Part shown: positions 1 through 12,331 of the stretch, in pieces
Numbering within the stretch: the stretch's first letter is position 1
Layout: every line of letters begins with the position of its first letter
Assembly (NCBI GenBank): GCA_008632985.1
Contig: QPGO01000186.1
Coordinates: 1 to 64,000, forward strand
Origin: Psammoneis japonica
Taxonomy: Eukaryota
Reading direction: 5' to 3'
DNA length: 64,000 bases
Made by a program: the position numbers and the translations under genes
Notes under the pieces: model-generated
What the model saw: only the letters and a program-made list of their open reading frames with translations
The model's database searches: none
Told to the model about the DNA's origin: nothing

Positions 1-3000
1 GGTGATGGACCCAATGTTGACCTCCCACAATGCATGCATGTCCACTGCCTTGTGGCATCACATGCCTCACACAAGCTTCTTTTTTGCTTGGATGTGTTCC
101 CAAAGAACAGCAACAAGCTCCACTGCGCACATTGTTGCAACCTGCTGTGGCAATTGATGCAATGCATTGAAGCAGATCCTGCTTCAGGCACATTCAGCTT
201 TTTGCAAGGAAGCAGCAGGTTTGGTGAACTCGCACCCCAAGCAAGGAAACCCATCGATCAACAATTGCTTTGTGCTCTCAAAGGAATTCCTGCAGCTGTG
301 CACTTTCATTTTTAACACCAACTCATCATTGGACGATGATCATGAGTTGACTGTCTCTGTCAAGAATGCCAAGTGCTTGAAGTTCCTCATGAGAGTCACC
401 AAGAATGAGTGCAGTTCATTGGCTCACTTGTGCAAGTGCATCAAGAAGCAGATTGTTGAAATGCTCTGCTCATTCCTGAAACAAGCTGAGAGTCCAATCC
501 ACATGGAGACCTCATCCAACCAAGTTCAGAACCCATGCCTCCAATGTGAACATTGCAATGACTCTTCATTTCACACTTCCTTTGGTGTCAATGGCATGGA
601 TGCAGCTGGCCTGCCGGCCATTGACAATCTTCCCCTGGACAATGCTCCCGATGATGGTGTGTTTGCACCCAAAGATGCTTTGGCCTCACAGGATGACACC
701 TTTGACACCCTTTGTGAGGAGTTGCATGCCCTTGTCATTCCTGCAAAACAGATGATGATTGCCTGTTGCATCATGCTTGCTCAGCATCAGTGTTCAAACT
801 CAAGGCTGATCCAAACAAAGCTGCCAAGTGCATGTGTCTTGTGTGCACTGGTGCACATCTTTTTGAAGATTGTCCCATCCTCAAGAACAATCCTCACATC
901 AAGGGTTTTCACATTTGCTTCTGCCAGTTCTTGAAGCAAGAAGCCACTCAATGTGCAGCTGCCTTCACTGGCGCTCAGGGTGACTTGCCTGCTGGACAGA
1001 ATGGACAAGTTCTCCTGCCTGCTGATTCTCTGCCATCAGATTTTGGCTGTTGCAGTCAGTTTGTTTGGCTCCATGATTCAGCCTCCCATTCTCTCCCAAC
1101 CAAGACAAACCAAATGATTGTGGGGCAACTGTGAAAAAGGGGCTCACTGTTCCATCACCTTCTGCTTCTTTGCCTCTTTCTCCAGATGCCAGCATGGACA
1201 CCACCCACCTTGCCACCCCCTCAATGCCACCTGATGTCATGACTCTCCCTGACAACAATCCTTTTGTGAATGATCTAGATCAGGACTGGGGCCAAGATCA
1301 GGGGAGAACAGAAGAAGTTGTTGAGCAACCATTGGAACCTTTTGACCACAAACACTCCAGTGTGCGTGACAAAACTGGCTTTGCTGCTGTCAACTCTGTC
1401 CAGATCTCCACTGATGAACCTTCTTGGGTGTCTCCATCTGCCATGTTTGATGCAAAACACAAAGCTTTTGAAATGAATGTGACACATTTTGAGACTGACG
1501 AACATTGTGCCCTGTTTGATGCTGGTGCCTGTGTCTCCTGTGTGAGTGACATGGATCTCCTTCATTGTTGCCAAGCATTTGCTTCATCCAACCCATGTCC
1601 CCTCAAGGTTGGCCCAGCTCTTGGACAAGCTGCCATTCCCCATGGCTGTGGATGCTCATGCATTCCAGCAGAAATGAAGGGAGGGGTTGTGTTGCCATTT
1701 CTTGCACATCATGCTGTCACCCACTGCTCCAATCCACTCTTGTTGACAAGCATGCCTTCCATGCTTGCAATGGTGGTTGCAAGAAGGATTTTGCAGTTGA
1801 TTGTCTTCTTAAGTTTCATGATCGTGGTGCCTGCAAGCATGTTGCCAAGCACTGACTCTGCTGCTCCAGTCAGGATGTGATCATTCATGGACAGTTGATC
1901 AATGACAGGTGCTTTGCTCATCCCCTGATCCTCCCAGAAATGCATGACATGCTCAACAAGTCCATTGCAACACTTGAGAAGGATGATCTCCCATGTTTGC
2001 TGAAGATGCAATGCTGCCATTGCGTGTGTGATTGACACCAGCAAAGAAAATCAGCAGCAAGCCCTCAAGAATGGAGTGAAGCAGATTTTACATTGCCATC
2101 AAGATCTTCCTTTTGACTCTTGCCTTGAAGAAAAGGTTCCTGTGCAGGCTCTCAAGGTTGACATTGAATGCCGACTTTGGCATCAACGCATTGCAAATCC
2201 AAGTGACCACACTGCGTGCATGATGCTCACCAACATGTTGATGGCACACCCAGGTTTGGCCATGGGGCCTCTCCTTTGGATGATTGTCTCACTTGCATTT
2301 GTGTGAAACAGACCAAGAACTTGGCTGGTCTTGGCTCCACTGGGACTGCTGCCCAACCGCATCAAGGATTGACTGTGGACCCTGCATTCTCTGGCTAAAA
2401 GTCCAAGAACAAAAACTGCGTGGCAGACTGTGTGGGAATCAGTGGTCAGAGACATGTTGGATCACAATCTGTGATCATCACACTCAATGTCTCCATGGTG
2501 CTGCGCATGTTTCCAAGGCCACTCCCATGTCATCATGCTCATTTGCTGATTCTTGGATGAACACTTGCCAAAATGTCCCAACTCCCAACAAACATGTCTT
2601 TGTGTGGATCAAAGTGGTGAATTGCATGCCAACCTGGCCCTGTGAAAACTCTTTGAACATGACTTTCAACACAAGATGCAGCTTTTCAGGACTGATGCCT
2701 CCAATCAGAATGGCCCTGTTGAATGCAGTCACTTGATGATGCAGAGTGCCATCCACTCTGCGCTGATCAGCACCAATTTGCCTGCAAAATTTTGACTGCA
2801 TGCTTTCCACCACTGTCTCTGCATCAAGAATGCTTTGCCTTCAAGGATCAAGATTTTGCTCTCCTTGTCCCCTTGCTGCTGGAAGAAGGAGATTTTTCAA
2901 CTCTTTGCACCTTTGGATGCTGTGTCTGGGCTAAAAAAAACAAGCATCGTCCAGCAACCATGTGCTCCAACTCTGTCAAGGGCACATTCCTTCTTGGTTG

Positions 3001-3770
3001 CATGTCCTGCCATGTCCCATGTCAAGGTGGACAAGCATGTCTGGCTCAATGAAGGCACAAATGATCTCCCACATTGTGACATCCCGCTGTGAATGCCATG
3101 CACTTGCAATGCACTCAGAATGGCAAACCTTTTCCAGCTGAAGCAACTGAGTCCGCTGTGGATGGATTTTATTTTTTGGGTGATCCATTCTCTAAAACAC
3201 TTGCCTGCACTGTAAAATGCTCCCCTTTGGATGAATTGTTTGGCACGGACATCACTGCAGATGAAATGTTCAACTGCACACATGTCTCTGGCATCAACAA
3301 GGTCCTTGAAGAAACCAGCAGGGATGGCACAAAGCTGCCTGAATTTCTTTTTGCAGCAGGTTGCAACAAGCAATGATGTGAAAGATGCTCCATGCCAATC
3401 TTGCACCCTGGCCAAGTCCCCTGCCCCAAACAAGAGCTGCAACTGTGACTTCCTTCTTGAGAGCATGCCATTTTCAATGAATGACCACCTCCCACTCCAA
3501 CAACTCCAGACAAGATTGATGCACCATGCCACCCAGCTGTTGCAGCAGATTTTGCTTTGATTGTCCACTGTGTGTCTGGGACAGCATTTAGCCGACAGGT
3601 CATCAACCAGCATGGTTTGAACCACAAAAACATCCAATCTCCAAAAATGTCCTCTCACAGAACACTGTCAGAAGCTCCCTTGTCTTTGCATGTGATTGCA
3701 CCTGGATTGAACCTGTCAAAGTCCAGTGGGGGAGCAGTTGGGAACACGCAACATGTGGCAGCACCTGCTG
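1..3770 (+). mobile_element. Degenerate Ty1/copia LTR-retrotransposon relic (gag knuckle, protease, GAG-pre-integrase, integrase); runs off the left edge
   Basis: Motifs occur in copia order across broken frames: CLVCTGAHLFEDCPIL zinc knuckle (~834-880), ALFDAGACVSC protease (~1508-1540), LWHQRIANPSD (~2175-2207), CLTCICVKQTK, PHQGLTVDPAFSG, ETCWITICDHHT, DQSGELH, DASNQNGPVE (~2693-2722), LCTFGCCVWAK (~2902-2934). Many TGA stops and frameshifts. No RT or LTR recognised. Confidence 0.85.
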
Positions 3771-4115
3771 TAGTCCGCGCCCTAGCCATTTCAAAATGCA
3801 ATTTTCCCGCTTCCATCCTGCCGGTTCTACAATGGTTTCAAACAGCCACCTCGAGAGCACCATCACTTCCTCTACAAATTGATAATGTGCGAAACCCTTG
3901 TAGCTAGTCTAACTGAATCTGAGAACTACTGCGCCATAGACAAGCTTAACACATCAACATTTATTTAGCAACTCAAAACAAGTGCACTTCCTACATGTAG
4001 TTATAAATTATTCTCCTTCCAATTTTCTGTGCAAACATATAACTGTTGTGAAACAACAGATCCGTGGTCCAAATATAATATATTGGTGGAATATGAGACA
4101 AGCTAATAATGACAT

Positions 4116-6297
4116 TCAGACAGCTCTGCGAATGGGCTTTTTTGATCGAGCACGAGGCAGGCTGTCTAACTCCGTATCAAACGTTGTCGCGTCTCCATCG
4201 TAACTCGACATAGGAAACGTTGTTTCGTCGTCTTCGTCATCATCTTCATGACCCAGCGTCCAGTTTAGTACTTGATCAAGAAATGACTGGGAACCTGTGC
4301 GTCCCCTCCCCACGGCAGCATCACATGCATTGTTTGCCTTTTGCACGGCGAAGCACAACATGGAACTGGAGGAATCAGCAAGTACGTCCTCCTTCAGGGA
4401 TTGGGTTTCAACAACCGAGTTGTAATCGACGGTGTATTCGTCACCTGTTGCTTCGCCCTCGGTATCATCTCTTGAGATCGCTTCCTGATAGTCCAAGACA
4501 GACCCAACTTGCTTTCCAAGCTGGGTAAAAACAGATGACTCATACAGCGTTTGGACCACTTTGACCAACCTGACAAAACTGAAGTTGTCATTTGCCGCCA
4601 TCTATTCGTAGAAGTACGAAACAAGTTGGATAAGAAACGCGATACTATCCAAAATAAACAATATGGTTCTTCTTACTTACCTTCGTAGGAGAATCAACCT
4701 GGTCATTCTGTGTTGTCCATAAATAAGGTAAATCGATCATCATTCCTGTATCACAGCAATCGATAATCATCGTGACGGTGACTCCAGCGGGCATAGGAGC
4801 AAGAAGAGTTTTGAAGATCAAAGTGTCTCTGATGAAGCCACTTTCGTCAAAGTCACTCGGGACGATAATCTCATCGTAACTCTCGACCCTTTTGTCAATA
4901 GGCGCATCAAAAATACGCCCACCGTGCCCAGAGAACATGACGAAGACCGCATCTCCTGGTTTGCTTTGCTCAGAAAGTGCTTTGAATGCTTCGGTGATGT
5001 TGATGTGAGTCGGGTGCTTATGCTCATTATCGTCAAGGAGAACAGTCATGAGACCTTTCGATTCTGGGAAGCCGTGCACGTTCACAATGTAGTCCTATGT
5101 TTTTGTCGTTCTCGCGATTGTGAGATTGGGTGCAAGGTGGAAAGATACAGGGAAACAGAACAACTACACTATCGAGACCAACCTTCATTGAGCGCACATC
5201 GTCTTGACTAGCCTTGAGTTCTGCGCCATGAACATCTGTGTAGTTGCAACCGATAAGGAGCGCCCTCTTCGTTCCTTTTGTGGGGTCAAAGTTTGAGGGC
5301 ACAAGAGAAAATGGTTCTTTCAAGTCAAATTTTCTGCAGGAGGAAACGGTCGGAACTTGGGGATATTCAATCTCGTCCATTTCTGCTTTCATTTTTTGAA
5401 GAAGAGAAGCCCACGTAATAGTAGAGTCGGTGGGAATATCTCCAATCGCCAAAGACTCAGAGGTTCTATTACGCTTCACTGATGGAAGGTCAGTCTCAAT
5501 AGATGATTCCTCATCGTCGTCAAACAAGCTGCCTGGTGTCATTGTCTTTTTAATCGCAGCATCGTCAGCCTCACTGGCCAAGTCGTATAGCACCTTTAGA
5601 AGTGCATTGCTGCATGCACCGCCATAGGATCTCCCTATAGGAAAGTAGAAATGGACAGAACAATATGAGCACTCTGCTGTGTGCTTTAACCCCGCCGCCA
5701 GAGAATGGGTCACAACGGTAACGTACCAGGTTCTTGTGCTCCATCTATCACATTGTACTCCTCGCAGGTTGGCAAGTCCCACACCTTTCCGTACCTTGTG
5801 AACGAACCTCCAATCACTCGAACATCACACGGGATGAAGGCAGAACTTTTCTTAGCGTAGTCTTCAGGCCTAAGCTTAGACACAGACATGGTAAGTTCCG
5901 GATCATCTCTTCGCGTCATGGGCAAGTTTTTACTGTTATCAGCAACAACCTGAAGGTATGCCATGAGATCCGCCATGGGCAGATTCACATGAACATCGCT
6001 GTCGGCGATATGGCTTGAACGCGCAAAACAACTTGAACGAGGTGAAAGGAATTTCCCGTCTTCATTCTCTACTTGGACTTGACCATTCATCTTGGTGGAA
6101 GTGTTTATCGCAAACTCAGGACTGATATCAACCTCGTGTGCGGGTGACATGTTTCTACTGCCTATGTATCCTTTGGTTCCCGGAGAAGCTTCACCAGTCG
6201 TCTTCGCTCCAACCGCTTCAGAACTAGTAGGTGCCCCTCGTTCAAAAATGGATCGGTCTCCGTCGGCGTTGGACGACGAGGAATGTGTTCTGCTCAT
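4116..6297 (-). CDS. Type III-like metacaspase (p10 before p20), 4 exons: 6297-5727, 5634-5183, 5094-4681, 4601-4116
   Basis: p10-like GGACSNALL...QVPTVSSCRKFDL precedes p20 KRALLIGCNY, FSGHG and DCCDTG. GT-AG introns join the ORF pieces in frame. Start codon uncertain. Confidence 0.85.
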
Positions 6298-7672
6298 GCC
6301 ATGCAGAACCAAAAATTAATTGGTTTGATCGAATCGCCGAGCGCCTGCCAGCTGCTGGTTGTGACGGCTTGACAGTGTTTCCTGCCGATACAATCACCAA
6401 GAGGCGAGGGGCGGGTCTCGCAGAAACTTCGACAACAATGAGAAAAACCAAAGATTTTTGTGACCGCTACTGACTTGATTGAATCACTGAAATTCCTTCA
6501 TTTATACTAGAATAAAGTTTATATAAGATTCAAGAATGAATAGCAATAAAAGACAGCTATCATCGTCAACAAAATTTTCTCGCTGAAAATTTTATTGGAT
6601 GTGTCATACACCTAAGAAAAATCATATAAAGAGGGGAAGTGTCAATATACCTATCCAAACTTAATGCACTATAAATTTATGATATATTTGGTATTGTAAG
6701 CAATATTTACGAAATCGGACGTTCCGTTAAATCATTCTAAGGCACTGGTATTGTCACACATGCATCGTACATGCGCAGACACCAGTGCTGGGCTCTTTAT
6801 ACTCATTAGTTTCGCATGCGGTAGATGGGCCTGCCTACCTCTACTCTACTAGTGGTAGAGCAGGGCTCTAGTGGCAGGTTTAGAGATACGGCAGATAGAT
6901 GGCCCTCTAGTAGAGCAGAGAGTAGATGCTAGTAGATTGTGACTCTCTGGCAGTGAGAGCAGACATTGTGAGACTCTTCACTCTCTGGTGGTTGGCGGTG
7001 CTTGCTGTGGTGTCGGTGGGGTGCAGTCTGTCATGTTGTGCACTTCAGGTGTGGATTTTATGATGTGCCAGCACTGCCCAGAAATGGGCCACCCAGGCTC
7101 AGCAGGAGCATCTTAAAAGCCAGGGCCCCACCAGCTGTGCATGCATTTTGCAGAGGCAAGCAGGCAGCACTTCAGAACTTGGTGGAGTTCATTGACCATT
7201 GCATGCAATGTTGAGGACAAACCAAGGGATGATGCATGCCTTGTTTGGACAAACTTTTGACATTGGAGCATTGTCCCTTGGTTGAATGTCCACTACACAG
7301 TTTGAACTTTCAGCCAAAAATGGGTGTTCCCGGCCTGACAGGCTCAGTTTTGTGGCGGAAATTCTCGTTGAAAAATGTTTCGCAAGACCAGGGCAATCGT
7401 CGCCAGACTGGAAATTGTTTTGGTGGACCATCACACAGCTGTGCATGTTGGGTCAAAGGATGTTTGATTCATCCATGTCCTTTCACACTGACCTGCAAAT
7501 GAGTGCCTGGTGACACCAAGGTTGAAGCTGCAGCCTCCCCGTTTTCATCCGGTCAGACCCTTTCGGCACGTGGTGTCTTTGAAAATGACATTGACATTCT
7601 CCAGAAAGTGCTTTCAATTGTCTTCTGACACCTGTGTCAAGGTGCTGTTGATGAATCTTTGCTTCAGTCCAG

Positions 7673-8789
7673 TCACCAGGTTTGAAGAATGGAGTTCACA
7701 CAGACATCAGTCGGAAAGACACCCGCATTGGCTCCGACAAAGACATTGTCTGTGCGTGCTGCTTTTGCGTGATTGGAGGTGTCACCTGCTGAAAACAAGT
7801 TTTGCCCCTGAGTGTTGGCAGTGTTGTTGGCAAACCTGTTGTTCTGAATGATGATGGAGTTGTTCATGCTGCTGTCATTCTCTCTGGCAAACACATGGAG
7901 TTCTCGGCCGTGGCGGTTTGCAAAGTTTCCTTTAAAGTGGTTGTCGTCAACAACGACTTTGGAGCCAGAAATGTCTTTTGCAACTGTTTGAACAGAGATT
8001 GCCCCTTGTCCCCACTGCGGGGAAACAGAGACAAGATGCAACACTGAGCAGGTGAAACCAGCAGAAGCAAGAAAAACGGAGAAGAGCAAAAAATGGTTGC
8101 TTTGTTGTTTGTGTTCACACCATGTGAAGCATTGTCCAGGAACCCATTCTTCTTGACAGTGGCTGCAAGCTGAGCCCCACCAGCCCCTTTGTTTAGAGAG
8201 ATTGCTCCCCCGAGGAGAGCCCCTCTCCTGTGTTTCCCTTGAAAAAGCTTGGCTGCACATCAAAGTTCCCACCTGGCCTTGTTCAAACTGAAAACTGTTG
8301 GTGGCAACAATTGGCAGAGATGTGTGCATCTGCACAAAGCCTTGGATGTTGTGTGTGTGCAACTTTTCTTGCCGTTCCCTCAAAGGTCATTTTCCTCACC
8401 ACAACATCTGGGGACTCATTGAAAACAATGGTGCCTGTGTTGAAGGTGCATCTGTCCCTGTCTCTTGCAGTGCAGCAAATGCCAATGATGCTGCTGCATT
8501 CAGTTGTCTCTGTGCTGGATCTGCCGACCAGCGCGGCGCCAGCTCCATCGGCGAGATCGACTCCGCCCGTGACTGAGTTGGGACAAACACAAGTTTGAGT
8601 TCGCACATCATGAGGGTCGGCACTGGCTGAGCTGAGACCACCTGCCAGGTCTTGACGATCTGCAATGCACGCAGTCTTTTGACAGAAACCACCTTTTTTG
8701 CCTCCTTTTGTGGATTTCTTGCCACCCTTTCCCGATTTCTTGCCCGCTCCCGATTTTTTGCCACCTGTTTCTGATTTCTTGCCGCCCAT
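7673..8789 (-). pseudogene. Decayed host-type gene: GKK-rich low-complexity N-terminus, then a Cys-containing region and beta-helix-like (GAI / FxxN) repeats
   Basis: ORF 8283-8789 begins MGGKKSETGGKKSGAGKKSGKGGKK. ORF 7673-8383 contains QGAISV, NHFKGNFA and NRFANNTAN. Frames are broken, there is no Tyr, TpA is nearly absent and no signal peptide is visible. Confidence 0.5.
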
Positions 8790-9259
8790 TCCTGACTAGC
8801 TAGAGTAGAGTGTACGTAGAGAGTTCAGGCCCCTATTTGACTATGCTGTTTCTCACCATAACACTGGCAATATTTTTGAAAAATATACTTGCATGCAAGT
8901 CTAGAGGACTCAATCTTGCCTTGTACAACACTCGTATCTTAGAGCAAAGGAGCGCACAATTTTGTCGGCCACAACGCAGCTCCCTTGATCCGATCTGATC
9001 CAACTGCTCTAGACTTTCTGATCGGCGAGTTGCTCTCTCTCTCTTGACGGCGAAAGCTTCTCTCTATTGCGCAAATTTGTGCATGATGATTGGTCATTCC
9101 CTACCTAGAGTACCGCATCTGAAACGAAGTTTGCATCAAAACAAAAAAGTACCGTGCCGTCTACCTCTTAAGGCCTTTAAATTTTTTTGCTTATATGCTA
9201 TTGGCTTCTTCTCCTCATGTATTTTCATAAAAGTACAAACTACACCACAGTCCTCGTCT

Positions 9260-10307
9260 CTAAGCAGTACTACCGACAACTTTCCAAGTCTTTTTAAAGT
9301 CTTCCGTTTCAATCACAAGATATCCCTCGACCGTTCCTGGATTTTGTGGTTGAAACTTGACAATAAAGTTGGTGGGTTCCCGATTGGTCAGCGATCCTTC
9401 ATTGGGTGTGATGGTCCAATCCATGGGCGTGTCCGGGGTAAAGGCGGCACGAAAATCGGCAAAGCCCATGAATTCATTCTTGACACCAAACTCGTGAATG
9501 GTGGCAATGCCAATGCGAGAGGCCAACTCAATAGTGCCTTCGAGCTGGTCTCCAGGAACGACGGCACCAAAGGCCTGGTCCATATCGAATTCCTAACAAA
9601 AAAGAGATAAAAAGGAAAAGATTCATAGAGTGCGTAAGAAACACAACATCCATACGTCACAAACAAAAACAATCAATAACCCCCAAAAGTAACAAACAAC
9701 ATTCCACATCATCATTCAATTTCTTACTCACTTCATTCCGTTCCACTCCAAACTTGGCAAGCGTCCTCCAGTCCTCATCGGGCCGTTCCTGATCATACAT
9801 TTCCACCGCTTCCCGCTGCGCATTCTTTTTCGCTCGAATCTCTTGCTGATTCCTCCAATTCTCAATCTGCTGCGCACGCTGCAACTCCACACCCTTCTCA
9901 ATCAACTCATCGGCATATCCGGTCGAAGTACCCCACGCATTCTTGGCACTCATCAATTTCGATTTGGCAAGCTGTGGCTGCACGTCGTGTCCAAACTTTT
10001 CCAATCCCTTTTGTCCGTCACCGGCCACACCCATTTGACCGTCGCCGCCGTCGAATTCATCGAACTCTACATAATTGTTCCAATCGCCAACACCGTAGCG
10101 GTCCTTTTCTTCCTCCTTGGCCTTGGTGTTTTCAAACGAGTCGGCCTCGACATCGGGGTTTCCGTCGGGACTGTAGAGTTCTGAAGATAAGTCATCCAAA
10201 TAGCCAAACACAACAGACGAGTGATGACGTGCTTTGGGGAGGTTTGGAACAAAGGCAGCGTGGCCGTGTGCTGCGAGAGTAATCAGAGCAATAGCAGAGA
10301 GCTTCAT
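9260..10307 (-). CDS. Probable plastid-targeted protein of unknown function; exons 10307-9732, 9592-9260
   Basis: Signal peptide MKLSAIALITLAAHGHAA followed by FVP (ASAFAP-like). A GTGAGT...TTAG intron joins ERNE|EFDMDQ in frame. The C-terminal region is beta-rich. Confidence 0.8.
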
Positions 10308-10699
10308 GATGGAGAGTCAATGATGAGAACAACAAGAAGAAGAGTGTGTCAAGAAAAACAGCAGGCTTTGGATTTCGATTGGCCCATCATCGTTCGCTCC
10401 CATCACGAAAGATCCACAGCGCAAGTGCGCACGTAGATTCTACGGTCAAATGTACCAGCCATCCACGATCGATTGACACCGTAGAAATCTACGGCAAATC
10501 GTACTAAAGTCGTCCTTCGGAAGAAGCATTCTTCATTTCGAAATGACGTCATGTCGTTAACTAAAAATATTTGTGGCGTCAAAGCAGTCGATCCAGTCAA
10601 AAAAACAGCAATCGAACCAGTCCATCCTTCGACACACTTCGATGCATCTGCATCTCACAACAAAACGGCGGCATTGCGTTGTTGCAGAATCTAAAGACC

Positions 10700-12193
10700 A
10701 TGGCGGCTCCCGAAAACAACAACAACGACGACGACAAGATGGACGTGGAAACCACTCCGTCATCCACTACAAAAAAGGTGGAACCCTCCGCATCGGCAGA
10801 ATCCGCGTCCGAGTATCCCAATATGGAATTGGCACAAAAGATTCATCGACTCGGCGTGCAACAATTATTATTGGAAGATCCGTCGGCTGTTGGAATTGCT
10901 ACGGATTTAAAAGAAACCACGCTTGATTACATCTTGACGCATCTTGAAAACCCCACACTGTACCGTCACGTCATGGAACATGTCTTGCACCAAGAAATTA
11001 CAAACGAAACTGTATTGACGGAATTAGGAGACAAGCACACGAAAACGCTCGAGGAACTGGAAGCCAAGGTACAAGAGCAAAAGGAATCGGCGGGTGATAT
11101 GGAGGTGTTGGATGCTAGAATGGAGGTGGCACGCTTTGCCGCCAAGAGTCTCACCAAGGACGAGGCTTTACAGGAGTATGAAAAAGTGCTGGCGTTGCCC
11201 AAACTCAGCAGTGGCAAAAAGATTGATGCGCTCATGGAGAGTTCGCGTGTTGCGTCCTTTTTTGGTGATACGAGCAAAAACAAGGAAATTTTGGAAAAGG
11301 TGCGTTTATAAAAAAAAAACAATTGGAGTGGAATGATGATATTGGATGTGTGCTGGTGTCATTCGTTTGGAATAGAGAAACTTACAAAATCACACTGCTC
11401 CATATTATGTATGATTCAGGCATCCAAATTAGCGGCAGACGGCGGAGATTGGGACCGACGCAATCGTCTCAAGGTGTACCGTGCGCTTGACAAGCTGCAG
11501 GCACGCAATGTCGAGGAGGCAGCGTCGCTCTTGTTGGATTGTATCGCCACCTTTTCGTGCAGTGAGCTTTGTTCCTATACGGATTTTGTAGTCTACACGG
11601 TTCTTTCGAACATGCTGCATTTGCCACGAACCGAGCTCAAGGAAAAGGTTATTGATGGGCCGGAAATTTTGTCAGTGGCCAATGAAATACCCGTGGTTGT
11701 GAGTGTAAAAAGATTGCTGAACGGTTTTTGTTTTGCTTTGGCCTTACTCAAGTTCTTCTCTCACCTTTCCAACTTTTCTCTCTTTGTCAAGAAACGCCTC
11801 GTGAATGCCTTGTATGATTGCAATTACAAGGATTACTTACACGCCATGGTGGACATGCAACCCATTCTCGTGGCGGATCGTTTCTTACAAGCCCACTGTG
11901 GGTACATTATGCGCGAACTCCACGTGTTGGGGTACAAGCAATTTTTGGATTCCTACAAGTCGGTCCGTCTCGACAGCATGGCAGCGTCGTTTGGGGTGTC
12001 GGTGGACTATTTGGATTTGCAATTGTCGCGATTTATTGCGGCGGGACGGCTCACGGCCAAGATTGACAAGTTTGGTGGAGTGGTGGAAACCAATCGACCG
12101 GATCTCAAGAATGCGCAGTATCGTGACATGATTCAAGAAGGGGATCACTTGTTGAATCGTATTCAAAAGTTGGCGCGTGTTGTGGATTTGTAA
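10700..12193 (+). CDS. RPN7: 26S proteasome regulatory subunit Rpn7/PSMD6; exons 10700-11299, 11420-11698, 11792-12193
   Basis: GGDWDRRNRLKVY motif, PCI region YKQFLDSYKSV...FGVSVDYLD...SRFIAAGRLTAKIDK, and C-terminal GDHLLNRIQKL. Confidence 0.95.
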
Positions 12194-12331
12194 AGACATG
12201 TACCGGTAGGTATGGGAGTAGAAAGAAAGAATAACAATTCGAATGTGACAGACAGTTCCGACGCAATGGTCTTATGAGCTTCTTCTAATGATTATGCATT
12301 ATGTACGGATCCAATCCATATAATATTCCAA

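Noticed and set aside
1..3770. Classical fungal RIP as the explanation for the eroded blocks
   Set aside because: RIP raises TpA and AT content; here TpA is almost eliminated and CpA/TpG is abundant.
11699..11791. Apparent hydrophobic insertion in RPN7 (likewise 20112-20201 in the TLDc gene)
   Set aside because: Stop-free introns of 93 and 90 nt with GT-AG ends; removing them restores the conserved sequence.
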